Below, one piece after another: positions 28,280 to 40,615 of a stretch of 64,000 bases of DNA. How positions within the stretch are numbered: position 1 is the first letter of the stretch; each line of letters begins with the position of its first letter. Under the pieces are notes generated by a model that ran no database searches, was not told where the DNA came from, and saw only the letters and a list, made by a program, of their open reading frames with translations. The position numbers and the translations under genes are program-made. This DNA comes from Chara braunii (lineage: Eukaryota > Plantae > Charophyceae): the NCBI GenBank assembly GCA_003427395.1, contig BFEA01000024.1, positions 1,833,563-1,897,562 on the forward strand, given 5' to 3'.

Positions 28280-29123
28280 TTGTCTGCGACGTTAAATAAT
28301 TCTTGAGGACCTCAGGGGTTGTCCTTCAGCCGCCTCTTCATCAACCAGATCAATTGGATGGAAGACTCGTTGCACACGAGGATAAATAACGGACAGAACT
28401 GGTCATAATCGATTTCCTGGGCATACGGGTGGGCCGAGTGCACACCTTTAAACATGCCCCTGAACCAGAGTTTCGCGACGTTGACATCAAGTGACTACTC
28501 AAGAGGGATACAGGGGGAGGGAAGATTCTAGTGAACAACTCAATTATTCATTAATGTAAAATTTCATTCTGCATGCACAACCAGCAAATAATTTTATTTC
28601 TATAATTCTATTTTTGATTAGTTAGTGGTGACGGACATTGCTAACAACTGACAAACAAGTGCAGATAGGTAGTAATCATTCCTTGCTGCATTGCAATTTA
28701 CTTCAGACTAGTTTAAAGTAGAAATAAAATTGTTTATAGAAATCTAAGGTTATTTGTTGTTACCGCTTGACTACTTTCTGACAAAGTTGGAGGGAACATT
28801 TATTTTATTTTATCTTAAATTGGTTGGATCCATGCTGCGGTAGGTCCCAGTGAGGACTCTATTACATATCGCAGGCCACTTATTGCTCATAAGTGGAGAT
28901 GACAGTGAGGTCGAGGGACTAGACCAAGGTGATAGAAGGCCTAACCGAAGATGTGCACTCAGTCGACCGTTCACTTTCCTAGTGTTAGAACACGGAAAGG
29001 ACACTGCGGAGAGAAACCAGGGAGAGGACGACATTTCAAAAGGTTACGAAAGCAGTAGCCAACGTCGAAAGGGCACTAGCAACAACATTAGCAGCAGACC
29101 CTAGAGCCAACATCGATGCTGCC

Positions 29124-31522
29124 ATGGCTACCGCCTCTACTATGTCACAGGCCTCATCTCAGGCCTTCTCGTCAGGTGTCAATCAGGGTGTCTCCCAGGT
29201 TTCCGTTGGTCAGTCTGCTGGCTTGCAGGTCAGCCAGCAGGAACCCATGTCAAATAAGGATTATGAAATCTAGCAAGCGGATGCTCTCCACATAGAGTTA
29301 CAACGCCAGCTGAGGGAAGTAGAGGGAAGGGGAGAGAGAGCTCGGATTAGAAAAGCCAGATTAGAGGCGAGGGGAGAGAAGTTGGGCAAGTTAAAAGCTA
29401 TAGATGAGTGGACTCTCGATCCAGTAGGGCTGTTCGTTTGGAACGCCCTGTTGATTGTAGCCGAAGTGCAAGCTGTGGAGCAGGAGATGTTGGTTGCACT
29501 GATAGCTGGTCAGAACCAGATTCTGGCCGCATTGCGGGTGCCTCGACCACCGGTCAGACAACCATAATTTGTTGTAGCTCCCCCTACAGTAGCAGGTCCA
29601 GTGATGACGCTGCCGCCGACAGGGAACCCTTTTCCCCTCAGTTTGGCATAACCCCATCAGGCAGACTAGTAGCAGGTAGTAGTCTGCAAATTCCTATACA
29701 ACCTTCTTCATTTCTCCAACCAGTGGTTGCCGCTACATGGCAACCACAAGTGCAGTAGCCCTTGCAACAGAGTCAGCTGCAGCATCGGCTATAGCAGCAA
29801 CAACAAGTGTCGCCATAGCGACTTGTTCCATTGGTTACTCAACCGATGCAGCAGCCACAGGGTGTTGTACAACGTATGCAGTGGACCCCCAACATACCCT
29901 TGTTGAGTCCGAAACCCTTCTCTGGCGACAAGAAGAAGGACGAGGACCTGGGTTCCTGGATGAGGACTGTGCCTACTTATGTAAGGCACTAACTTACTAG
30001 GACAGAGGAGGAATTCATTGTCCCTGCGTCCTTTCCAGAACGATATACAGCCAGATGGTGAAATGGGTTAGTACAACAATAGGGTTACGATCAGAATTTT
30101 GATGGTTGGACACATGCCAGATCATTGGACGAGTTTGTACGGTTAGTCTACAGCAAGTGGCATGATCCCCAAGGGGATCAGAAGGCCACCGAATCGTTGG
30201 CTAGTATGGGATCGAAGAGATACCGGACAGTTCGTGAGGTAACAAAAATCGTAGAGCGACTTATCGTTGTCCCTGGTGTGCAGTACGAACTGCAGGTCCT
30301 CTTGACAACTTATTTGTGATGTCTGCCTATAGATGTCAAAAATAAGTTGGTCGATGAGGTCTCCATCGATGTGCATGATTTTGCTTCTTTCAACAAGAAG
30401 GCCTTAGACATTGAGGCTAGGCTTGGGAGTGACCGACAGGGACCGGTAGATGGGAGAAAGAAGAAGTTCCCTCAAGACTGGAGGAAGAAAGGCAATCTCA
30501 TGTTCGTTGACCATAATGGTCAAGCAACCGAGATCGATAACTTCGCTGACCTTGATTGCCGAGAAATAGAAGGTAGGTCGGCCCAAGGGTTAAAGTGGCC
30601 AAGGACCACCCATATGGGTGAAGCTTGGTCTAGAGTACGAGGTCTTGCGGGACCGTGTTCCGCGAGGCGCTTGCCTGAACTGTAAAGACTTCTCCCCAAA
30701 TTATCTTAAGCTATGAACAAAATTTGAAAGGGAAGCAACTTGTTGTGTAATGACTTCTCAGAGGACTATCGAAGTAAAGGAGGAGGGAGTGTGAGGGTTT
30801 ATGCTTCGGCATAGGACCCTGCAGCAGGCGCGTGCCCGCCCTAAGTGAAGGCGGGCCCCCTGAATCTCAATGTGCCCTGAACTCCTTATTTTTTGCAAAT
30901 CTTGGTCGGCGTCAGACAGTTGTCAAGATTATGCTTTCATTGACGTTCGGATTTGGTGCTTTCGTTCTCCGTTGGTGGAATATCAATGCATCTCTGCATT
31001 CTGGATAGTGTTGGACTTTCCCGCTTTCAATGTGAAATTGTATTGTGGAATTATGTCATTTCGCTATATCTCATTTTCTGTGCACTACTTTCATCGATAG
31101 GATGAGTAAAATCGAAATGAATTTTCCACTATAATATGGAAATATACACTGCTTTCCAGTCATGTGCGCAAAAAAGTTAGAGAGAGGCTACTTCCTTCGA
31201 TAGGATTTACAAAATCAGAATGAATCGCCCCCTAGGACATGAAAATATACACTGCCAACTTTTTTTTTCTTTTTTTAGTGTGAGAGAGAAAAAATGAGAA
31301 AGAACAAGTAAGTCTCCAACCTCGCGGCTGGCCTCAAGGTACTTCCATCGATAGGATGAGCATAATCGAATGAATCATCCGCTAGAAAATGGAAATATAC
31401 ACTACCACACTTGTAGATTCAGTCCATAAACCCGCGGCCAAAAAGGTTGTGCCAACAACAACCTTCCGCCCGAGTGTTCCACAAGATTGTTGCACAATCG
31501 CGCTGCCCAAACTCCATTCACA
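29124..31522 (+). mobile_element. Internally deleted Ty3/Gypsy copy: gag, end of chromodomain, PPT and shortened 3' LTR
   Basis: 29856-30683 aligns to gag at 34800-35710 and then jumps to the equivalent of ~39415; PPT AAAGGAGGAGGGAG; LTR TGTGA (30790) to TCACA (31522). Confidence 0.85.
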
Positions 31523-31529
31523 CAGGCGG

Positions 31530-32330
31530 CTCTACAACCACTAGTTGCATACCTCCTAAGCCATTGAAGGCAGAGAGCATTCCCTAGACCTCCAAATGAC
31601 GCAGACTTTTACACATTGCAGTACCCCCCCCTCACAAACTCAGCAAAGATTATGAGCTTTTGTACTCCTCGCACTTCTCCTCATCTATGCGATTGCTCAC
31701 AAGCGCAAGCCGAGTTACATCCTCGCTGACCGAGATGCCCTGAATGTACACATCTTGAATCGGTACGTAGAGTTTTCGTAGGGACTGACATCTTCAGGAG
31801 GACCTCCAAGGACAAGATGGCAATTTCGCCAGTGCTTGTACCCACTTCTAGGCTCAACTCCTCTAGTCATGGACCTGCATAAGATAAGATGCGATCCAGA
31901 ACCTCTGAGCCGAAAATTCCGAGCAATTGAGTGACTTTAAGGCTCTTGAAGGACTTTGTCTTCAGAACTGTCAACGCAACAACTTCTACAAACAGTCTGT
32001 CCTCTTGGCCTTGCGAGCTATAGCACGGGTGTTGGATCTTCCCTATAAACGTCAGAGTTGGGACTTGTCGAAAGTGTGTCAGTGCATCAGACACGTCATA
32101 AATTAGCAATGCCATTTCCAAATCGACCTCCTCTTTTTTCCAAAACATGTCATGAAGGCAAACAAACAAGTAAAAAAAAATAGTCGATGGTCTGAAAAAT
32201 CTAATAAAATGGAGGGGATTTCTCTCGGGCCATCATGAAAAAAATATGTGATGGTGGGGTTCGACGTCGACATTGCTAATCTTTCTCCATCATCATGCAC
32301 GCATAAGATCTGCCCAGATTGACAATGATG
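31530..32330 (-). pseudogene. Possible decayed leucine-rich-repeat (RNI-like) gene fragment
   Basis: Minus-strand peptides KSFKSLKVTQL, LEELSLEVG and KSLRHLEV fit LxxLxL spacing across stops and frameshifts. Confidence 0.3.
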
Positions 32331-33091
32331 AAAGCCACTCACTATGAATATTAAACGCGCTTGATGCATATCTCTTGCATACAGTCATGAACGAAAACCA
32401 TCTCTGCAGGCCGCCATCAAAGGATATGACTTTTTTAATACAAGTGGACCCTACCGCAGCAAAGCGACGACGAAGAAAACGGGGCAGAGGAGGGAGGGAG
32501 GGCAAGGAGACCCATGCAAAACACGATCCAGAAGGGAAATACAAACGAACAGAAAAAACAACGAAACTCATAGCAGGAGTATGCCCCAAGCCCTTCCACT
32601 CAGGAGGCCACCCGCCAAAAAAAAAAAAACAGTTGTATATCTTACGATGTTCCATCGAGAGGTTCGTTCATATTTTGCACATTTCGTGAGTGTTGGAGCC
32701 AAGATCCAACGCGGGCTACCAAAAAGGAAACAAAAAAGGCCGGGTATCTCTCCCGATGTTCTAACGGGAGATTCAGAGTGCGAGTCTGCCCTAAGCCGCG
32801 ACGATTTCCCCCCCTAAAAGTAAGCTACATTCTTCTTTCAATTTCACCTCACACTACCTACCTACCACTACTACTAGTTAACCCCGTAGCAGCCAGAGCT
32901 GTGTTCACGAGAGAACACGAGGGGGTTGTTCCTGACCTGCAACGGACAACCGGTAGCACCAGGGACCAATCCCTGCGCCTCTCATCAGGTCCCCTCGCCT
33001 ACGAACATCAGCACACTCTGCTCAATCCCGATGAGGGGATCTAGTGGTCTATTTCCAGGTGGTGGGCGCCGAGCGTGCCCGGGAAGGGACA

Positions 33092-33164
33092 TGAGGCCAA
33101 TGGGGATTGAACCCACTACCTCTTGAGTGCCACTTGCGAGCCTTACCAACTGAGCTAGGCCGCT
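33092..33164 (-). mobile_element. tRNA-derived SINE head (pseudo-tRNA); body may extend to ~32703
   Basis: A box TAGCTCAGTTGGTA, B box GGGTTCAATCCC and intact T stem, but unpaired acceptor stem; 17-bp direct repeat GTGAGTGTTGGAGCCAA at 32686 and 33190. Confidence 0.7.
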
Positions 33165-33269
33165 TGACAGGGAGATTCGTTATTATTTGGTGAGTGTTGG
33201 AGCCAAAACAAACACCTATTGCAAAAAGACACAAGAAAACAAATTTACACCCTAAGCCACTGCACCAAC

Positions 33270-33730
33270 GAGGCCACCCCCGACTTCCACCATAGATCGA
33301 GTTACATCGTTCGAAATTCCAAACTCAATCACTAGCGCGCCTAGATAGTCTGCCCTACGCGGTAGTGCATCGGCCACTTTGTTGTACTCTCCCTTTAGAG
33401 GGTCGAGCTTGAAGTCATACATGTCTATGACTTCAATCCACCACTTAAGTGTGTCGGAGAGCACGAACTTTGTCTTAATCCAGCGCAGCGTCTCATGGTC
33501 AGATCTCACATAAAAGAATCAGCCTCGGAGGTGGTGCCTCCAATGGACCAGCGCTCTATAGAGGGCATAGAGCTCACGCTCATACATGGACTTAGCTACT
33601 TTTTGAGATGGCATCTTTTTGCTCACGTACTCGATCGGCCTCAATGTTTTCCCCTCCTTCTGCACAAGGACCACGCCTATGCCGTATTGGCTGGCGTCGG
33701 TGGTCACAACAAAGGGTTGCTCAGGATCCG
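33270..33730 (-). mobile_element. Gypsy RNase H fragment (same family as 34790-39517), inverted
   Basis: DPEQPFVVTTDASQYGIGVVL, ERELYA, DHETLRW and NKVADAL motifs. Confidence 0.9.
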
Positions 33731-33734
33731 CCAG

Positions 33735-34000
33735 AATCTCAATGCACCCTGAACTCGTTAATTTTTGCAATCTTGGTCGACGCCAGACAGTTGTCACGCG
33801 CCAGTTGGTTACAATCCGCCTTGCTCATGAGAATCCAAAATATTTGTGAGCCTTCCATGCTCTTCCAGCAACGCGGTCGAAGCAGGGAGCATCGCACATT
33901 TGTGGCTGGGTGGTTGGGCATGCCGAACCAATTCAATCCCAAGCCACTGTCTGAATCGGGCATGGGCGCAGACACTTTGGCCAAGACAAAAGCTACTGGT
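33735..34000 (+). mobile_element. Gypsy LTR fragment
   Basis: Aligns to the LTR at 39587-39850. Confidence 0.85.
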
Positions 34001-34789
34001 GATAACGTTTTGAAACTCTCCATTGATTTAATAATGAAGAATGAACAAATATACTATGACAATGAAGATGAGGACAGATGGCACAACGAAGACTTCTACG
34101 AAATGGTGGATTACGATAGGATCATGCAAAAAACTAATGGGACAATAATGTCGATGACTACGAAGGTGCAAACGCATATCAAGTAGCTGATGTAGGTGAG
34201 GGAAGTTGGGTCATTAATGATCGAAATGACAACTACAATGGCGATGATGATGACGATGATGCTAGCGAAGACTTTCTTATAGTTACCTGTTATGGCTTGA
34301 CCCGAGATGTGGCCAGTGTAGATGACCACATTGAGACTCCAGAAGATGTGGATGTAACCGAACAAGCCAGCGTTTGTTCGCCAAGATCGCCCATATATGA
34401 TTATGAGGATGATGGTGATGAAGACTTTATTCGACTAATTGTGATGGTGTGATCTACTCGGATGCTGCCAGTGCAGATGAACACTGTGGAATTCAGGATT
34501 TAGATGTAACCGAGCAAGTGAGCGAGTATATGTCAACAACTCTCAGATACTTGTTTGATGGGCATCGATGTGTGAGCTCGAGGAGTCTTTCGGCCACATT
34601 TGTCGAATCTGATTCCCAAGATGAAATATATGAAGACTACAACACTAGAGATGGTTCATATGTCCTCCTTGGGAATTGTGGATCATTTGATGCGCTGTTG
34701 TTTTTGGGAATCGGTAGCAGACAGGGACAGCTTGCCCTCCGGGACGGAGACCCGGATGTTCAAAGCAATGGGTATGTTTATTCGACCGA

Positions 34790-37700
34790 TGGACCAGGCA
34801 CAGGGTGTTGTACAACCTATACAGTTGATTCCCAATATACCCTTGTTGAGTCGTAAGCCCTTCTCTGGCGACAAGACGAAGGACGAGAACCTGGATACCT
34901 GGATGAGGATTGTGCCTACGTATGTGAGGCAGAAACTCACTTGGACAGAGGACGAAGTCATTGTCGTTGTATCCTTTCTAGAAGGATCTACAGCCAGGTG
35001 GTTGAATGGGTTAGTACAACAACAAGGTTACGGTCAAAATTTCGATGGTTGGGCATGGGCCAGATCATTGGAGGAATTCGTACAGTTAGTCTACAACAAG
35101 TGGCATGATCCCCAAGGGGTTCAGAAGTCCACCGACTCGTTGGCTAGTCTGGGATCGAAGAGATACCGGACAGTTCACGAGGTAACAGATGTCGTAGAGC
35201 GGTTGATCGTTGTCCCTAGTGTGCGGTACGAACCGTAGGTCCTCTTGACAACTTGTTTGCGATGTCTGCCTACAGATGTCAAAAATAAGTTAGTTGATGA
35301 GGCCTCCATCGATGTACATGACTTTGCTTCTTTCAGCAAGAAGGCCTTAGACATTGAGGCTAGGCTTGGAAATGCCCAACAGAGACCCGTAGATGGGAGA
35401 AAGAAGAAGCTCCCTCAAGACTGGAGGAAGAAAGGCAATCTCATGTTGAACTTCGTTGACCATGATGGTCAAGCAATTGAGATTGATGACTTCGCTGACC
35501 TTGGGGAACAAACAGAGATAGATGGGAGTATAGAGACTTCAGATGCTGGACTAATCGCTCCTATCAGGGAAAAGGCTAAGGTAACCGAGAAAAAGAGGGT
35601 AGGTCGGCCCAAGGGTCAAAGTGACCAAGGACCACCCATATGGGTGAAGCCTGGTGTAAAGTACGAGGTGTGACAAAACTGTGTTGCGCGAGGCGCTTGC
35701 CTGAACTGTGGCCAGTATGGCTAAGTGCAAGAGTAAGTCAGCCGCTATGGAGGTCACATCCTCAATAGTGACGGTTAGATCTTCTAACTCTGGTGGTGCT
35801 TCTGCGAGCACTTCCTAGCGAAACACCTCGGGCCAGTAGGAGTGTTAGCCGCTCTTACTCGTTTTGAAGTGGTAATCTTACCTTCTCCATTTCAGATGAT
35901 GGCTAAGGTTATTGACTCCATTATCGCCCCACGGAAAGATTCGTACCCATCAATGCTTTGTTTGATGAATGTGTCTGAGTCCTTAGAGGAGTTAGAAACT
36001 AAGTGGTTAAAGGAAGACCCTAAAGACTCTTAGGGGATGTTGAACCAAGGTCCAAAGGGTGGACATTTTGTCGTCGAAGTCAATGTAGGTGGCCAAAACG
36101 TTGGTGCCTTCGCAAACATAGGTTCTACGCGCTTGTGTGGATAGGCTGCGCTTAGGGGCCCAAGTGCAGCGGCTTAGCAGATCTGTAGCATCTACCTTAA
36201 CCAACAAGCACTCCATGGTAATAAGAGATTATGTCAAGGATGTAGTCTGCACCTTCTCCTATGGAGGAGGAGAACTGAAACACAATATTTCATTCCTAGT
36301 TAGCGACGAGTTGCCATGCGACATGTTGCTAGGCATGTACTACCTCGAGGTTGCTAAGCCCCAGTTCGATTGGGATAGGAAGGTGATGATCCACAAGTTG
36401 CTTGATGGAAGGACCATTAGACTGCAAAAGTTTAAGGCTAGTAGACTAGTGGGGAACTATGGTTGCATGTGTGCGTCGTCTTTCTATAATTACTACAAGC
36501 ATAATGGTGAGGAAGGTATGTACTTAGTCTTTGTCTCTGAGAAAGGAGAGGCCGTAAAATCCCCCCCAGAGATAGAAGCAGTCGTTGCACAATATTCATA
36601 CCTCTTTGAGGAGCATAGGGGTGTGGTGGAAATAGAGATTGTCCACGCGATAGAAGACGTACCCTGTAGCAAAGTACCTAAAGGGAGAATCTATAGGATA
36701 TCTCATGCGGAGTTAGATAACCTCTGCCGCTAGCTCAAAAAACTCACAGAAAAGGGTTTGATACGACCACGTACGTCCCCCTACGGAGCGCTAATTCTAT
36801 TTGTCCCAAAGAAAGGGGGGACCCTACGGATCTGCATTGACTATAGGGGCCTCAATGTCATCACCGTTAAGAATGCGGAGCCTCTACCACGCATTTCATG
36901 ACCTCTTGGATAGAGTGCAGGGATGCCGGTACTTCACTAAGATAGATCTGAAGTTCGGATACCACCAGATTGCTATTAGACATGAGGACAAGCAAGAAAC
37001 CGCCTTTCAGATTAGGTATGGTATGTACAGGTTTGTGGTGATGCCCTTCGGCCTATGCAATGCTCTTGGGACGTTCCAGCACGCAATGAACTGGATCTTT
37101 CATGACTACTTAGACAAGTTTATCGTCGTGCACCTCGACAATATCCTTATCTCTAGTAGGACTGTAGAGGGCAGCACGCTGACCACGTGAAAACAGTGTT
37201 AGGGCTCTTACGACAGCACCAGTACAAGGTTAACTTGGAAAAATGTGAATTTGGTTGCACCAATATCTTGTATCTGGGTCATAAGACTTTTGCGGATGGT
37301 TTGAGACCGGATAATGCTAAAGTGGTCAGCATACATGACTGACCCAAACCTCAGTCTGTGGCTGAGGTGAGGTCATTCTTGGGGATGATAGACTACTATC
37401 ATCCATTTGTAAAAAAATATAGCACAATAACTTCCCCACTAACTGACCTCACATGCCTTGACATCCTTTGGGAGTGGACCGAAGAGTATGAGGCAGCCTT
37501 CAAGAGATTGAAGTATGCCCCGATGCACTGCGAAGTCCGCGAGCTTCCGGATCCTGAGCAACCCTTTGTTGTGACCATAGACGCCAGCCAATATGGCATA
37601 GGTGCGGTCCTTGCGCCGAAGAAGGGGAAAAAGTTGAGGTCGATCGAGTACATGAGCAAAAAAAAGTCGTCTAAGAAATTAGCTAAGTCCACGTACGAGC

Positions 37701-39517
37701 GTGAGCTCTATGCCTTCTAGAGAGCGTTGGTCCATTAGAGGTACTACCTCCTAGGCAAATTCTTTTATGTGAGATTTGACCATGAGACGTTGCGCTGGAT
37801 CAAGACACAACATGTGCTCTCTGACGCACTCAAGATGTGGATTGAAGTCATAAACATGTATAACTTCAAGCTCGACCCTCTAAAGGGAGAGTAAAACAAA
37901 GTGGCTGACGCACTATCGTGAAGGGCAGATGATCTGGGTGCGCTAGTGACTGAGTTTTGGAATATCGCTTGATCCATGGTGAAAGCCTTTCGAGAGGACG
38001 CGGTCATGTATGAGATCATCTGAAAACTGGAAGCTAAAGATAAGGCTACTTCCGATGAGTTTGTGCTGATTGACGACTTATTGTTCCTTGAGAAGACTGA
38101 GAATAAACGCTTATGTATACCGAATAAACAGTCTTTGCATAGTCTATTTTTATGAGAGTTCACAATGCGACTGATCATTTTAGCTCTAAAATGACAGCAA
38201 CAAACTTAGTGCCGAAATTTTGGTGGCCCGCAATGATGGATGATACAGAGAAGTATGCAGAAACTTTTCAAGTTTGTTGGTGTGACAAGCCCTAGACAGG
38301 CACCGCTTGGGCTTATCAAACCCTTGCCTATCCCTGGTAGACCTGGTTAGAGTGTGTCCATGGACTTCATGGATACTCTTGTGACCAACAAAAACGGTAC
38401 GAGACACATATTCGTCATTGTGGACAGGTTCAGTAAGTACGCTAGACTTATCGTTATGCCTGAGACAACTAGGACTGACCACGTCATCAAGCTATTCATG
38501 GACAACTGGGTACGTGACTTCGGTCTCCCTAAGTCTATTGTGAGCAACAAAAAAATGTGAGATTCACTAGCGAACTATGGCAAAATACAGCCCAACAGAT
38601 GGGCACCCAACAAAATGACATCAGGGAACCACGCTGAGTCAAATGGGTAGGCCGAACATATGAACCGTGTAGTGCAGCACTTGCTTCGGCATTATATTAA
38701 GCCAAGTGAAGATGACTGGGATGAGAAGTTAGCTCTCATCGCCAGCCTATACAACAATGTTGTGCGCAACACTACCAATAACGACGGTAAGAGCCCCAAC
38801 CAGATGCATCTTGCTTGGAAGCCCTGATCTGCTCTTGACTTTCTGGTACCTGAAAATCAGTCAACTGCAGCACCTGGAAGCTTAGAGTTTGCTGTAAAGT
38901 ACGAACAGATGTTGCAGCAGGCCGTAGAGCATATTAAGAAACTACAAGATGACATGGTGACATCTGAGAACAAACACAGACGACTATCTGCATTTCAGGT
39001 AGGTGAACGAGTCTCGGTATAATAATCAGAATTGGGCCAAGAGTTGGGAATTTCATGCAAACTGATGCCATAGTACTTTGGGCCTTGGGAGATTCTGGAC
39101 AAAGTAGGAGATCAACCCGATGGCCCATCATATGTGATTCTCATTCCTCGTCACCTCCATACACACCCTGTTTTCCATGCATCCAAATCGACACCCTTCG
39201 TTGAAATTGAGCAATTTCCCTCAAGAAGATCTATGCTGCCTCCAACCATGGATGGACACGTGGACATCGACGACATTGTTGACCACAAGCTGATGTCTGT
39301 CCCCAAGCCTCCAGGCAGGGGATGCTCTCCAAAACCGCAGATGCAGAACCGAGTGCGGTTCAGACACTATACGGGTCCTAAAGAAGATCGATGGCTCACA
39401 AGAGAAGAGTTAATGAAGACTGTTCCCCAAATTATCTTAAGCTATGAACGAAATTTGAAAGGGAAGCAGCCTGTTGTGTAATGACTTCTCAGAGGACTAT
39501 CGAAGTAAAGGAGGGAG
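34790..39517 (+). mobile_element. Decayed Ty3/Gypsy (chromovirus-type) internal region: gag-PR-RT-RH-INT-chromodomain
   Basis: Gag with CLNC knuckle; protease DMLLGM; [37 protein letters not shown]; RNase H DASQYGIGAVL; integrase SMDF and VIVDRFSK; chromo-like IDDIVDHK..VRF..EDRWLTREEL; many stops; PPT AAAGGAGGGAG ending 39517. Confidence 0.95.
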
Positions 39518-40146
39518 TGCGAGGGTTTATGCCTCGACATAGGGCCCTGCAGGCGCGCGCCCGCCCTAAGTGAGGGCGGGACCCTTGAATCTCAATGCGA
39601 ACTCGTCAATTTTTGCAAATCTTGGTCGGCGTCAGACAGTTGTCACGCACCAGTTAGTTACAATCCGCCTTGTTCGTGAGAATCGAAAATATTTGTGAGC
39701 CTTCCAGGCTCTTCCAGCAACGTGGTCGAAGCAGGGAGCATCGCATGTTTGTGCCAGGGTGGTTGGGCATGCCTAACCAATTCGGTCCTAGGTCACTGTC
39801 TGAATCAAGTTTGCGCGCAAACACTTTGATGGAGACTGAAGCTACTGGGAACTCGGTCTCACGTGGGGGTAGGAAAGGCAAGCGCCCACGTCTTTCCATA
39901 TAGGAAAGGGCAAGGCGCAGGACGAGGTATTCAGGCACTTGTAGTTGCGGACGACAGCGCTGCTGGAGCTTAGACTCCTGGGCTGCTTGCTGCGCTAGTG
40001 CTAGGTGCGGGCGCGCGAGCATCGAGGGGATACAGGGCGCTGCTAAGGGCATCGCCATAGCCCAACCTTCATAGCCAGGCTGGGGCTTGGACATAGTCAG
40101 TGGGTGGTGGTGGTCTTCGTGTATGGGAAGGGAAATGTGGGTGATG

Positions 40147-40196
<50 letters not shown>

Positions 40197-40615
40197 GGTT
40201 GATGATGTGAGGGCACGTAGCTGGACTTGGCGATGGTCTACAAGGTTGACATCTTCATGCACTGCGGTTGTTGCTGCTGACGTCAACGGGATTCATTGTC
40301 AATTTGTAGGCTGCAAGTAACTGTGTAGAAGTAGTCTGGATGTTGAGCGCCAAGTAGGAGGAAGGACTCTGGATATATATGTTGGTGGTGGCGAGATTAT
40401 GCTCTCATTGACATTCGGATGTGGTGCTTTGGTTCCCCATTGGTGGAATATCAATGCATTTCTGCTTTCTGAACAGTGTTGGACTTTCTGGCTTTCAATG
40501 TGAAATTGCATTCTACAATTCTGTCATTTCGCTATATCTCATTTTCCTTGCACTACTTCCATCGATAGGATGAGCAAAATCGGAATGAATCTTCCATTAG
40601 AATATGGAAATATAT
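39518..40615 (+). mobile_element. Gypsy 3' LTR, part 1 (continues at 45534-45746 and 59768-59926)
   Basis: Starts TGCGA right after the PPT; collinear with 30790-31147; reconstituted LTR is ~1.47 kb and ends TCGCA at 59926. Confidence 0.8.

Noticed and set aside
33092-33164. Functional tRNA gene
   Set aside because: Acceptor, D and anticodon stems do not pair properly; better read as a SINE head or pseudo-tRNA.
39654-39900. ORF inside the Gypsy LTR, open in two copies (also 33739-34023)
   Set aside because: Open on both strands with many amino-acid changes between copies; no sign of coding constraint.
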